Notes: a model not told the origin generated them from the letters alone. Counted from the first letter of the stretch, positions 50,224-64,000 are shown. The stretch: 64,000 bases of DNA from Antedon mediterranea (GCF_964355755.1 NC_092671.1:11098001-11162000), one strand, 5' to 3'. Numbers and translations: made by a program.

Positions 50224-51765
50224 AGCGTGGTTCCCACTTGCGACGCAACGCAACGAGCGGCGTATTGACGCAAGTAGTAACCGACGACGCAACAGTGTTG
50301 CAAACATTATCATCAGCAGGTCTTCTTACCCGTCATTTTGTCTAACTAACTAACTTAGCCTCTTCCCGTCAGCCAACCCTCCTTACATTCAACCTCCCGA
50401 CATCTTTCACGATGACCTCTCCCTTATAAGCGTGGTTCCCACTAGAACGCAACGCAGCAACGTATTGTAGCAAAGTGCTGTATTGCATAATCACAAGTGG
50501 AACCGATGACGCAACAGTGCTGCAAAAATTGTAGGTTTGAATTCACGCAGGCGGGGGAAAACACAATTATTGGGTATTACGTTGCGTTACGTTGCGTCGC
50601 TAGTGGGTGGATAAACGTAACGTTAAACTAATACAAATACCCTAAAGCTTGGTTCCCACAAGAACGTAAAGCAAGGACGTAAACGCAACGCAAGCGTTTT
50701 AACCAATGACAAGAGAAGTTATAGACAGTTAGCAATCACAAGCGAATAAGCCATCGCTTGTGATTGGTCAATTCACTTGCGTTGCGTTACGTCCTTGTGT
50801 TGCGTCGCTAGTGGGAACCACGCTTTAAGCTTGGTTCCCACTAGAGACGCACACAAAACGACGTAATGCAACGTAAGTGATATGACCAATCACCAGCCGT
50901 GGATTTTTCGAACAGTCGCTTGTCATTGGTCAAATCGCTTGCTTTGCGTCTACGTTCTTGTGTTGCATCTATAGTGGGAACCAAGCTTTACCCAATTATA
51001 ACTAACATCTCGACGAGTCCTACTTCTCATTGATAAATTAAATGTTATGCGAAAAAAAAAAAACTATTAAGCATGGTGGGAGTCAGAAAAAACATTCCAT
51101 GTCTTGGGGTACCATGTTCATGGTGCTATTTATATCGCTATAAATTATCGTACCGTACAGGCCCGGCCTTAGTATAATTTTATTTTAAGATCGATTTTTT
51201 TTAACAGAATAAAGAATGACCGAATGATATAAATCATATGCCTATTGTTAATTTATTTCTATTATGAATTATATTGAAAATACCACCAGTGTAGTATATA
51301 GTAGGGCCTATGAGACAAAAATGGCAAAACAGCACCTTACAATTTTTTAAGAAAAAAAATTAAGAAAATAAACGATTATTAAAATAATACTGGTAGTCGT
51401 TCACATTGCTATTTCTTTATTGATGTTAATTTGGTTTAATGTGAAATTTGTATATGTTTGAACAGTTCAGAAGTACCGCGTTACAATCCAGTCAAACGAC
51501 GTTTCGATCAACGTAGCGCAGGCCTAAAGCTTGGTTCCCACTAGCGACGTAACGTAACGCAACCGACGTAACGTAACGCAATATACGCAACGTCAGAAAA
51601 TGCCCTTTCGATAGTTGTGTTTGCCCCGCCTGCGGGATATCATCAAACATGCGATGTTTGCAGCACTGTTTCGTCGTCGGTTCCCACTTGTGATTACGCA
51701 ATACAGCACTTTGCGTCAAAATGTCGCTGCGTTGCGTTACGTTGCGTCGCTAGGGGAACCACGTT
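50224..51765. mobile_element. Cluster of family A Harbinger-type MITEs (50224 partial, ~50429-50605, 50646-50824, 50828-50987, 51528-51765)
   Basis: Same TIRs with TAA/TTA flanks. Two copies abut across a single TTA (50825-50827). Partial copies also occur at ~20640-20766 and ~53715-53829. Confidence 0.85.
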
Positions 51766-54417
51766 TAATTGTGATCAAGATAAAAAGATATTGAACATAC
51801 ACAACTTACTAAGGAGGTCAACTAATGTGTGCGTGATACAACCAAGCCCAGACACGTCCCAAGATGTACATTATAATATATGCATGTGTCATATTTTGAT
51901 TTCTTTGTTCATGTGTTGGATCGTGTCTAACCTGATCTTTAACATTAAAGTTATAAATTTCCATGTGGAATTGTCAAATATTCGAACTATTACCAAATCA
52001 AGTTAGTTTAGGATAAAAACGGGATTTATGGTCTTTATATCTACATACAGTTTCCGTATATAGGTGATATTGGTGGGAAAATTGCCCAAACAAATCCATG
52101 TTTGTAATTATAAGCATACAGTAGTAGTTTCGTATAAAATCGTCGATATCTTGGGCATAAACAAAAACAAATGTGGAATCCGAAGTAATTTAGTAATATA
52201 ATTAGCTTCTTCTATCTTTACTTAAATATGGTTTTCTTTCTATAATTGTATGACAAAAAAGAAGAAAATTATTATAGTATTTATTGATTGATTTTCGTAA
52301 AAACCAATGAATGCAATCTAAATTTCAGATATATTGCATGTTCGAAATTTCTATAAGTTGATAATTTAAAAAAAAGGTAAAAAAAAAGAACGATAGTTCT
52401 GAGCATTCAGATTCAGATTTGCCAATTTAAAATGGAAATAGTATGAGAACATTTCTAAAATGTATACTGTATTAATAACATTATTACTATTTAACAAATA
52501 TTTAAACATACTTGAGATATTTAAAAACAATCAATATTTAAAAACAGACATGAAATATCACAGGGGTACAATATTTTAAAAGCAACGTAAGAACATACAA
52601 CGAATACTTTAGCAATGGAGTTACTTTATATTGAGGTTACATAAAATCATACATTAAACCGTCTACGATTACAAAACAAAACTGGATGTAAACAACATTC
52701 CTATCGTATTTGTGCAAACAAAAACGCCGCCTTGGAATTCAGACAAATTAATTTTTGACATGTTTTTTATATTATTGTTTATATTGGTCAATGGTATTAC
52801 AAATAAAGTAAACCGTAACACGTACGTCATTGGCTATTGTCATTTTCTATATCAATATAAAGCAATTTATGTATTTATGTATCATTGTAATCAATATCTG
52901 ACGACCCTATATAAAAGATCATACTCGTAAAGTACCGGTTTGAAGATGGGTGACGATTAGACAAGCCTGTACACCATATGAGAATGGTATTGTGTTATCA
53001 TAGGTTGATGAACCTATTCTTCTTTTATTTATTCAATCTCTAATCTGAAGCTTGGTAGGCCTATCGAATTTGGGTGACATAATTTAATTACCAATATCGG
53101 TTTTCGTGCACACACTTCAGTTGGGAGTAATAGAGTAATATGTAAAATAACTCTTATATTGATTTGGAATATTATAATATTAAAACATTTAACATTCGGA
53201 ATCATGAATTGAATACTTTTGTGTGAAGTTAATCGATTCGATTCAAATTATGTTGAATAAAAAAAAAACAGATTATAGGCGTGCAGAAGGTGCGCTAATG
53301 GATTATACTCATTTATACTTTATATCGACATTCAACCCATTAAAAAAAGATTCTTATCATTCCCGTCTCTACAAACAAATCAAACATGTTCTCGTTATAG
53401 GCGCACTAATCGTGTTTCTTTGTACTAGGTATCTAATAAAATTATTTGCTCTCTTTTCGAATAATTTATTCAGAAAATGATAAGAGGGGATTGACCCTAT
53501 ATAATTACGTAATTTATTAGTCTAAATTGTCCAAAGTGGCAAAGTCAACACTCGTATGTATTTACATTATCTATTAAGTGATATTCCAGTTCCAATAGCT
53601 TATTACTCACACGTTTTCCTTTATGTAGATAATTATATACATTTTTTTTAAATGTTTGACCTTCAGTGGTTTCTCCTGAAGCTTGTCACTACACTAAGAA
53701 AATACCCTTTCCAATTTGTGTTTTCCCCGCCTGCGCACGTGAAATCAAACCAGCGATGTTTGTAGCACAGCACTGACTGCGTCAATACGACGTCGCTGCG
53801 TTACGTCGCTAGCGAGTGGGAACCACGCTTTAGGAGGGATACTAACTATATCTTCTACCCACCCACCTGTACATTCATTGTCTGGTGGCTACACACCGTC
53901 GGGAATATGACTTCGTGCCTTTAGTCTCAGATAAAGAACTACACAAGCCTGTAGGACCCCCAAAATGGTCATGCAGCCTTATAAACAGGCACTAGGGGAC
54001 CAAAAAGAGATTGTTTTAAGACTAGCTTTGTAGAGGCCGCGACATTTCCACGCTGTCAAGAGGATTGGTCAAATTGTCTTGAGAGAGACTTATTTACGAG
54101 CACTTTCACAGTTGGTCTTTAGTATGCAATGGGCACCTTCAGGAAAAAGGGGAAGGAGGATGGTGGGGGTTCTTTCGAACCTTAAAAGAACACGACTACA
54201 GTAATGAATGAATTGTGATTGCATTTTCTTTTTCAGATTTTGTTTAACTTTTAAATTTTCGAAGTATAAATTCATCTAAAGTACTGTCATTTTCTAATCG
54301 CATCATAAGGTTTTCTGTGTAATCTCTCAGGACTCTTTTACACATTCCAGTAGCATATCTTGTCATATATTTAACAAAAGATCCTCTTCTTTCTGTCGCA
54401 TTCAGTAGCATATCTTA

Positions 54418-57400
54418 TCATATATTTAACAAAAGATCCTCTTCTTTCTGTCGCATTATCTGAAAAAAAAAAACATATTGTGAAGCTAAAATTATTGTTG
54501 ACCATCACTAATCATGCGAGAAATTGCTCATTTGTTTCCAACTGTATAATTTCTGAAAAATTATGGTGATGTCTGCAATGCATAGGTGAAAACACAGAAC
54601 ATGCATAATTAATATTGAATTGTTATATGAATCCATATATATGCAGTTTAAAAGCCTTTTATGATGCATTATGATATAATAAACAATTGAGGGCGACACA
54701 GAACATGCACTAAATGAATACTAACTTCAGCCTCTTTGTTGTGTTTTATAAACAAATTTTCTTCCTCATCATCTAACATGTCTTGTAACTTTTTCTTATA
54801 TCTGAAAGAGGAAAATATCACAATATTATATTATATAGCAGGAAATTTAATAAATACAAATGTAAAGTTTGATTACATTAATAAAGTGCTGCAACATTAC
54901 GATAACAATTAAGCTTGGTTCCCACTAGAACGTAACGCAAGGACGTAAACGCAACACAAGCGTTTTAACCAATGACAAGCAAAGTTATATACAGTTAGCA
55001 ATCACAAGCGAATAAGTCATCGCTTGTGATTGGTCAATTCACTTGCGTTGCGTTACGTCCTTGCGTTGCGTCACTAGTGGGAACCACGCTTTAGAAACTG
55101 AATATACTTCATTACTTACACCTCACTGTCTGGATTCAATTCTTGGTTTCTACAAATATCTAATTTTTTCTCCAGTCTTTTGATAATTTCTGGATTTAGA
55201 GGTTCTATATTCTTCACAAGACATTTCATTCCTTTAACAAACAAACAAAAAATAAAAAATCTATTTTGTTATATTTCCTGTATGTCTGTTTGTCCAAATT
55301 CTATCCAGTACTTTCAAAGATGACTATTCCCTTTGGATGGGAACGGAGAAATTGGGTATAATATAGGTAATTTTAATTAATTATGCAGAGAATCAAGTCT
55401 AGGACAGAAAAAATAGCAAAAACTAGCCCATATGTGGGTAACAAGTACTAATTCCCATATAAAGCATCAAAATAAGATTAAATAACATACTTTTAATTAT
55501 ATTAACTGTATCTCTAAGTCCAGACCTATTTTCAGGTCCTAACAGGGTATCTGTAACATAACTGAAAAAAAAAAGTTAAATGGAATTTATCATACAGTAT
55601 GTATTAAAATAGAGGGCGCTGTTGAGTGGTGTGGGTAGAAATCGAGAATGACTGTTTTTTTTCATTTACTTAAAGATGTATTGTCCTTTGAAACACAAAA
55701 AATGAAGGTCAAAATATTATAAATTTAAATTGGCCATATCAAAGTAATATTAAAGTTATTCACTTTAAGCTGAAAATTCGAGCCAAAAACAACACGTTTA
55801 CATCATTAACAGGTAAATTAGTTTGATTAAATTTCGTCTGGAAAATCGTCACGAGCGAAAGTAAACAAAGATTTCAAACCACCAGCATGCATTATGCATA
55901 TTCTAATTAGGATTGTTTACAACTCGTCCTGGTTGAGAAGGTGTTTTCACACAGATCGCGAGGAAGTTTTATGATTATGCATACAGAGTAGCCAAATAAG
56001 CGCATTGCATTATGGGATATGTTTGATTGAAAACATTGACTGGAAGTCAAAGTTATTTTTTGAATAAAAAAACGTCTGTATTTCAGTTAAATGATTTTTT
56101 TTTCGACTAATTTTTGGTGAAAGTTAATAACTATTATGATACTTCAAAATAACCTATTTTCGAAATCTTTTATTTTTTATTTTGTTGGAATTCGTCAAAG
56201 GGACAATACATCTTTTACTAACTCTCTCTATATATGGCTCTGGTGTGGATAGAGAATTTTTTCATTTACTTAACTAACCTGTCAATGTTGATTCCTAACT
56301 TTGAAGCACTTGTGACTAAAGCTGCAAGAGATACCTAAATGAAACAAGACAATATTTAGTGAAATGCTATGAAGAAAAGATTTTCATTATTATATTTATT
56401 TTTTCTAAGACAATTACCTGAGATGGTGAAAATAAAAGGCAAGCATCTGTAGCAATACAACGATGAAGGAATTCATCAGCTCCTTGTCGGAGTTGATCAG
56501 GATTGCGCAATGATGAGTAACGTGTCTGAAAAAAAATGTTGAAATACAAATTCAAACTCATTGCATTAAAGCATATACAGTACTGGTATTATATAATAAT
56601 TTACTTTTGACAATAATGTTTTAAATAGTGTAGGCTTACCTTAAGGTCAATAAGAAAACCTTCTAGAGGTCGGTAGGGGTTGTGAACTGTGAGATGAAAG
56701 TTAAGAGCCTGCATTACGAGTAGTTCAAGCGTAAGAATAACTTCTGCTGCCCTCGATGGGTTATCTTTTATGTTGCAACAGAACTGCACAATTGATACGT
56801 TGAACTCCTCAATTTTACATGCAAGGTATAAACATGTAAGCCTTAAAATATGTATAAAAAATGTTGTTCAGAACTAAATAATGTGAAGGCTCTCATGGGA
56901 ACACAACAACACCTGAATAGGAGATGGCCGTAGTATATATTGCTTTTTTTTTCTAGGGAATGTGTCCGCCTTAATACTGTTGACTGTTGAATAGGGGGAG
57001 TCCACTACATTTGAGTTCTACTGTACATGTTATTCAGTCACCAATAATACATGTATAATGATGGAAGCAGGATTGTGGATGCAATTCTAATGTCATTTTA
57101 AGGGATGACATTAATAATAAAGTGAACCTTACATAATATAATTAGGATGGTGATCCATAACAGAGTTATGTAGATAGAATCTCTTTAAATATGCGCACCC
57201 AGTTGCCTAGAAAAACAAGTATATGAGAATACTTTAAAACAACTGGAATTAATAGAATATTTTGAAATAATAAATGGAGAGGAAAACAGAACTTTACACT
57301 ACCATGACAGAATTTGGCATGGGAGGTTCAAAATTACGACATAGATCTCGTAATAAGTGTTCATAATGTCGACAAATTAAACGTTCCTCTGGCTCTGATA

Positions 57401-57729
57401 AAAAGAAAGTGGTGTCTTCATTCTGAAATTATAACAAAAAAAACACAAATTAATATTAACATATTAGCAGTCAATCATACTCTCACTACTGTACTACAAT
57501 AAATGTTAAGGTTTCTTGATTGTAATAATTTTGATTTCTTTAAGATAAGTGAAAATTTCACCATTTCATCAACTGTTAAATTCAATTATAATGCTACTTA
57601 GTTATCAATAACCTTGCATCTGTGCCTATGATTTGTAATGAAATCATGATTAGCAGTTTGGCGAAGATCTAGAAGATGCTCTTCTGACTGAAATGTCCAA
57701 AACTTGCGTTGTGTACTGCTGTGATACAT
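54418..57729 (-). CDS. CCNH: Cyclin H (CAK/TFIIH subunit), 10 coding exons
   Basis: [78 protein letters not shown] and [11 protein letters not shown]. The stop is TGA at 54418-54420. Confidence 0.96.
54912..55090. mobile_element. PIF/Harbinger-type MITE, family A
   Basis: Full TIRs with a TTA target duplication, near-identical to 50646-50824. Confidence 0.88.
55674..56213. mobile_element. TTAA-site non-autonomous DNA transposon (Kolobok/piggyBac-like)
   Basis: TIR AGATGTATTGTCC…GGACAATACATCT with flanks TTAA and TTTA. Confidence 0.7.
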
Positions 57730-58815
57730 ATTCTGAAATTTAAACATAAAATACTTTTGTTTAATGAAATCATGAAACATAAGTCATAAGATACTCTTCT
57801 AGATTAAGAATGATTATTTGTATCCACTGTATACCCACCAGTCCAGTACCAGTTTGTAAAAGTAGTACCTTTGCACTGCACTCTACAGAAACAACTTATA
57901 CTACTACCTAGGGTAGTATTATTTCATATTTTATCAGAAGAATCTACACATGTCATTACATAAAACCAGTAGAGTAGGGTTTCAATCCCTGTTGTGTGAT
58001 GTGGTGCGGCTTGCTGTTTGTCTCTTTTCAAGCCTAGTTAGGCCTAGCTAGATCTTTTAGATCCTAGTTTTCTGCTCTAAACCTATTGACGAGTTATTTA
58101 TGTTTTAACATCTTTATGGTATTAAATATTAAACTATAATACGTGTTTGCTTGCTTCCACGTCTTTATTTAATTCTAAAGTTTACACAAACTAGCCTAGT
58201 GTTTTCATACAATCTTCTTGTGCGTTACCTGCCTGCCTTCCTCCTCTTTCTTCTGGCATGGCCTCTTTGTTTATGTAGTATACCGCCACCAACAGTTTGA
58301 ATTTTATTCACGCTTCTTTTTTCAGTCGACCCCGTCGCGAAGAAAACATTTCTGAACTTTTTGTTCTTTTGCTGGTAAGATTTGGAAAAAATAATGGTGT
58401 TAACACTGTTATTGACGAATTAGACTAAGCCTAGGTCCTAGTGAAATAAAATATAGTAATGCCTTGCATTTTCAGCCTGGCAGTTTCGCACAAACAGATG
58501 TACTGACTGTATTGCTAAGCCTAACAGTAACTTCAAGCTAGGCCTAGGCCTCTGTTTGTGTGGCATGCGCGCGGGGATTTCCCCGTCATTTACGAGGTCT
58601 GAACAGGAAATAGCCCGAGATAGCAACAGCATAAATATATAGTTGTTAGGCCTAGGCGTGGGGAGAGAGGGTTCCCGAAGAGATTTGGTACAGTAGGTCT
58701 GGGTTTCAAAAGAGAAGACCCGTCAGATTGTTTTCTTTAACAATTATTGATATATTAATTATTATTATTACAGTAATTAAAAAATGTTTTTTTAACAGAG
58801 CACACTAAAATAAAG

Positions 58816-59833
58816 ATGGCAGACACAGAAATAGAAAAGAAGGAAAACTTGGAACATAAAGAAACAGAAATTGACACAGAGTGTTCACCCAAACAAACAG
58901 ATGTACCACATGATGATGAACCATGTAACATATCTGATGAGAAAGAAGCTACTAAAACTAGTAGCATCAAAGACTCAACACCTATTTGTGATACGGAAAC
59001 TAATGATAATGAATTGTTAAAGAAATATGAAGAAATGTTTAAGAATAGGTTCACTGAACTTGATCCAATGTACTTAAAATTAAAGGACACTAATGATGCT
59101 GAATGCATTCCAATTGTTGAAAACTTTCGTCCACCTTGGAACCCACAGAATAGGTTTGTGTATTTTGCTTAAATATTAAAAACCTCCTTGGATTTGTCTG
59201 ATAATCTAATAGTATGCCTGTATACCCTTATCCTAATCTAAACCTAAATTATAATCATCAAATCAACAATATAAATAATAATACATTTTACTCATTTGAG
59301 ACTGGCAGAATGTAAATGTGGAAATTAAAAATACAGAAGAACCTCTCTTTTTGGGACACCCCTATCTATTTAAGGGGACACTTTCATCGCCCATGTATCT
59401 ATTACGGCCATTCCAATCCCTCGTGTATTCAGAGGACACATTAAATTTAGTTAAATTGTTTTTAAAGATGTTATGTTACAGATATCACAAAATGAATTAT
59501 TTAAACTACATCATATGGTGAGGCACATTCCAATATTGATGTTCTTCACCTGAAAATGTTTGTACTTAACTCTTCTCAATTAAATGTTAATTATGTAAAT
59601 CTATGTATTTTCGTTAAAGGGATGGTGGTCGTGGAAGGGGGCATGGGAGTCACCATCACCAACAAAACCGATACAAAAGGAGGCATGAAGAATACAGATC
59701 ACATGACAACAGATGGGGAAGAGATAGCTACCATAGTAAGTACCGGGATGAACGGCAAAATCAATATCATGGAAGTAGACATAATGAACGTTCAAATTAT
59801 GAATCTAGAGACCAAGGCTATAGAAGATACTAA
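58816..59833 (+). CDS. RAMAC: RNMT-activating mini-protein (RAM/FAM103A1), exons 58816-59153 and 59620-59833, 183 aa
   Basis: KYEEMFKNRFTELDPMY…PIVENF matches the RAM activation domain (human FEEMFASRFTENDKEY…PIVEEW). It is followed by an R/N/Y/H-rich tail containing DNRWG. Confidence 0.85.
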
Positions 59834-59859
59834 ACACATTTAGAAGGTGGTACAGTGAA

Positions 59860-60560
59860 AGGTGGGGAGAAGAGATAGAGGTACAGATATGGAAGAGATA
59901 GAGCTACAGATGGGGGAAGAGATAGAGCTACAAATGGGGGAAGAGATAGAGCTACAAATGGGGAAGAGATAGAGCTACAAATGGGGGAAGAGATAGAGCT
60001 ACAGATGGGGGAAGAGATAGAGCTACAAATGGGGAAGAGATAGAGCTACAAATGGGGGAAGAGATAGAGCTACAGATAGGGGAAGAGATAGAGCTACAGA
60101 TGGGGGAAGAGATAGAGCTACAAATGGGGAAGAGATAGAGCTACAGATGGGCGAAGAGATAGAGCTACAAATGGGGGAAGAGATAGAGCTACAGATAGGG
60201 GAAGAGATAGAGCTACAGATAGGGGAAGAGATAGAGCTACAAATGGGGAAGAGATAGAGCTACAGATAGGGGAAGAGATATAGCTACAAATGGGGAAGAG
60301 ATAGAGCTACAAATGGGGGAAGAGATAGAGCTACAGATGGGGGAAGAGATAGAGCTACAGATAGGGAAGAGATAGAGCTACAAATGGGGGAAGAGATAGA
60401 GCTACAGATGGGGGAAGAGATAGAGCTACAGATAGGGGAAGAGATAGAGCTACAAATGGGGGAAGAGATAGAGCTACAGATAGGGAAGAGATAGAGCTAC
60501 AAATGGGGGAAGAGATAGCTATAGATAGGAAAGAGATAGAGCTACAGATGGGGAAGAGAT
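59860..60560 (+). repeat. 21-22 bp purine-rich minisatellite (~30 copies) downstream of the RAMAC stop
   Basis: (AGAGATAGAGCTACARATRGGGGA)n. Confidence 0.97.
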
Positions 60561-60973
60561 GTCACTTTCAATAATGTTATGATGCTTTTTACACAGCTTG
60601 CATCCTCCATTAACTACAAACTACTGTATTAAACTAAAACAGCTTATTTTTCGAAGCCTGTTTTCCACCACTAGGTGAATTCATTCACATGAATCGGTGG
60701 TTAATTATGTGTATTCATATTGCCATTTTTCTTAAAGTAATGAGCAACCAATCAGTTCCCAGAGTAAAAACGCTTTTAGACTGTTTTGAAACATACTTCA
60801 TGTTGTTGTAAATAAAATAACTAAGATGCATTTAATCGAATGTTATTTATTATGTGATTTTTACATAACTGTGTATACAATAATTGCTTTTAAAATACAG
60901 TGGCATTTCAATAAGTTTAAAAGAAAAATGTTGTCATCATATAAAACCAACATACAATGTGATGACATTCATT

Positions 60974-62564
60974 TTATTCAGTGTAAACACTGTATGCATG
61001 TATGAATAACTTCATACTGGGATTGGGTGATATTTCTTTTGTAGTGTAATCATCCCATCGTGTGTCTGATACCATTCGGCTTGCTAGGTCCAATCCTTGC
61101 CCCATACAAGGTACACAAACAACTTGCACTACACACTTGTATCTAAAATATAAATAGTATAACATATAAATAATGAAATCTGGATATTGTAAAATAAAGC
61201 TTAGAAATAAAACACATACAAATCCAACACATCTCGTCAGGAAAAATACTCCCTGATCTAGTCTGCTTGTAGAACACCCATTAATAGGCCGGCCGGCCAA
61301 CCTTTCCCCCAGAATAGGGTATTTCCCCTCTTTGAATGGGGTATTTCCCCTTGTTCGTTTCATTCGACTCCTCGATTGAGGGCAGTGTTTGTATGTAATA
61401 TGTAACGTAACTCCTGTTACGTACCGTTCGTATCCCAGATCTATTAGACGATCCTTAATCAGTGTGGTTATGGTCGTGCAGAACTGTCGTAAGATAAAAA
61501 AGAAATTTTAATTAGCAAATAAAGTGACGAGATATCGTAAATGATAAAAATCTCGACTGCGTGTTTCAAATTGGAATTCTGGTAACGAAAGTATCCACCA
61601 ATGGGTGAACTTGGAATCTTTGTTAATTCTTTTATAAAAGCCCAGATTTGAATTCATTGGAGACTTTTTGAATACCTTTCCAGCGTTGACGGCTGAATAT
61701 TCTTGTTTCAGAAAACCATCTTCTTCAGCTAAATTTTCATCCATGACGGTAGAAATAAGTTCATGCATTACTCCCCTAAAATAAATGATTGATTGACTGA
61801 GTAGCCTATGGATCCTTATAGTTTCACCCTTGAAATGTGTATTATTTTTTGATATCGTAGGCCTACGCACTAAGTTTTAAAACATGAAATATCGGATCCC
61901 TTTTTATGACTATTTTTAGCCTAATGATTCCCATGTTTTCTGTGATGAAGCTCTCAAAATTTTTGTATTTAACCAACTATCAGGTAAATTCACACCTACC
62001 CGGTAAGTTTTTTGTTAGGCTGCATCCGATAAGTCGGTTCATATAGTTGTTGTGGTAGAGCATTTGCAGTATATTCCTCATCTGCATTGGTTCTGATGTT
62101 CGGTCAAAAAAAAAATCAGTTTGAGATTATGATGCAGAAGTACTATATGCATTATATTTAACCAGCTTTCTGAATTCTGTTTTATACAATAAATCAATTG
62201 AAAAGAGAGAGAAATATGACGCACCCATTATTCGTCTGTTTGTTTATTAGGCCTATTATAGTTATATAGCTTGTACATTTATGCTTTTATTGTATTTTTA
62301 GTAATAAATCAAATGTCATTATTATTAATAATTAGGACTTGGCCTATATCGTTATCTAATTTATTAGGCTAAATAGGAATCATTTATAATTATAATGAGC
62401 TACGACCGACTTTCAGACCTATAATAGCCAGCTAGGCTATGCCTACTTTTAGTTACTTACAACGAAAAAGCACTAATTTGTATTGAACATTCATCGGCCG
62501 GTTTTCGTGTTTTAATCTGGAAAAGAGAGCTGGATCCTCCACTCATTTCTTTGGTGGAATTCAT
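60974..62564 (-). CDS. Tctex1-domain dynein light chain-like protein (exons 62564-62461, 62092-62000, 61775-61676, 61483-61425, 61142-60974; 174 aa)
   Basis: YEPTYRMQPNKK, IKDRLIDLGYERYKCVVQV and GQGLDLASRMVSDTRWDDY…AYSVYTE. The exons total 525 nt in frame. Confidence 0.85.
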
Positions 62565-64000
62565 TTTTTGTTTGCCGTCGTTTGATGTTGGGATGCCGAT
62601 TACAAACACAGACACAGATAAGACTCAAGAGTATACTATAAATATACTTTTCTTTACTACTGTTTTGTATTGAATTCATCCATGGTAACAAGATGGATAC
62701 GCTTGCGTAAACGACACGCGCATCCGAAATTCAGCACACGCACCGGAAACGCGTAAACGAAACTACGCTCGGCAACTAAGTTCGAGCAAGCGTGCAAAAT
62801 GTCGTCAAGTGTTGTTGCTACTGTATTTCATACTACTGTACTTATTACTCGATACCATAATATCAGGGATTGATTTTACAACTCCCTGATAATATATAGT
62901 TTATAAGGTTTAACATAATTATCAATCAAAATTAGATGACATATTGCGAGATGTCCATACAAGCATGGCATCATCACACCCACCCTCACTCATAAACAAG
63001 TGTATAAAGTCGTAGTACTGAAACGTTGGCGAATATGCGGCATCTTCCACACTTGCTAACATTCTACACGAAAAGCTCTTCAATTCAACGCTCCACTGCT
63101 TGCTTACCATATATAAACATTATTATAAACATACATTTTTACGTAGGATACGACCGAATGTTTTTACAGTTTATGTTGCTGTTGTTTCCAACTAATTTCC
63201 AGTAAACTAAAACGATCCACAACGAATTAGCCACACGTTAATTTACCCTTCCTTTACTGTGCTAAAACAAGTCGATTTCAAAACTGTTCAGAAGTTCGGC
63301 TTTAGAGGGCCTGCTGCCTAAAAATCCACTGATACGATTTCAATTGAATGCGAAAACGTACAGCGCCTGTAAGTACACGCAATTCCAATGTAACACAGGC
63401 AGGTCTAAAACCAAAAGACCTTTGGATATCGTAGCCATTTTGTATTTGGTTGTGGTCATGATCTAGGACAAAATACACTAGCCCCACCCTATCATTTCGA
63501 CCGCTGGAACAGCATTGCCACCAACCTGTATAATATATTACGAACGAAATTGATTTGCTAGACAAAATGAGTAAATTTGGAGACTTTGTTCACCCAATGT
63601 GTGTAACATTTGATGAGTGTTTTTGCAAACGATTTCTGCGCAACATTCGCAGGAAAAATGCAACATTGCTAATTTTGAGTTACAATTCGAAGATGAGAAT
63701 ATTGCTTCGTTTTCGTCAGATTTTCGGTGATTGAGGTAGGGATGAACATTATTAATATGTTCTCTTCCATTTCATTATCCATCTTTAACTTATTTGTTAC
63801 ATTTAAGTAATTTAAGTGTGCTTTTAATCTGTTCGAAGTTTGTTATTTAACGTGGTGTGTGGACGTGGCTGCGATATCACGTGACCAACAACGACCTTTT
63901 TGTAATAAAATGTTTAATATGCCCAGGTTTGTTTAGTTGATATAGAAGTACGCATGCGCAGGGATTAAGGGATCGCCTTCTTTTTAGTTTCAGATATTGT

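Noticed and set aside
62922-63565. Two moderately GC-rich minus-strand ORFs
   Set aside because: No recognisable domain or consistent spliced frame could be built, so they are left unassigned.

Overview
AT-rich, intron-containing metazoan (invertebrate-type) genomic DNA. Seven spliced protein-coding genes were reconstructed by hand from GT-AG boundaries and reading-frame continuity: ATF2/ATF7-like bZIP (-), TDRKH/Papi (+), a mucin-stalk adhesion GPCR (-), a class-V PLP cysteine-desulfurase-like enzyme (-), cyclin H (-), RAMAC (+) and a Tctex1-domain dynein light chain (-). The most unusual structure is a ~7.8 kb non-coding nested palindrome (8979-16813) between the divergent ATF2 and TDRKH starts. 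It has 47-bp terminal inverted repeats, a TSD-like flank, opposed arrays of a self-palindromic ~100-bp satellite, TTAGGG-bearing hairpin modules and an inner 15-mer foldback. Other highlights are a C-terminal CaaX box on the desulfurase-like enzyme, a zinc-finger-like exon amplified as a tandem repeat, and a compact CCNH/RAMAC head-to-head arrangement. Family assignments come from recalled motifs, not database searches, and exon coordinates are manual.
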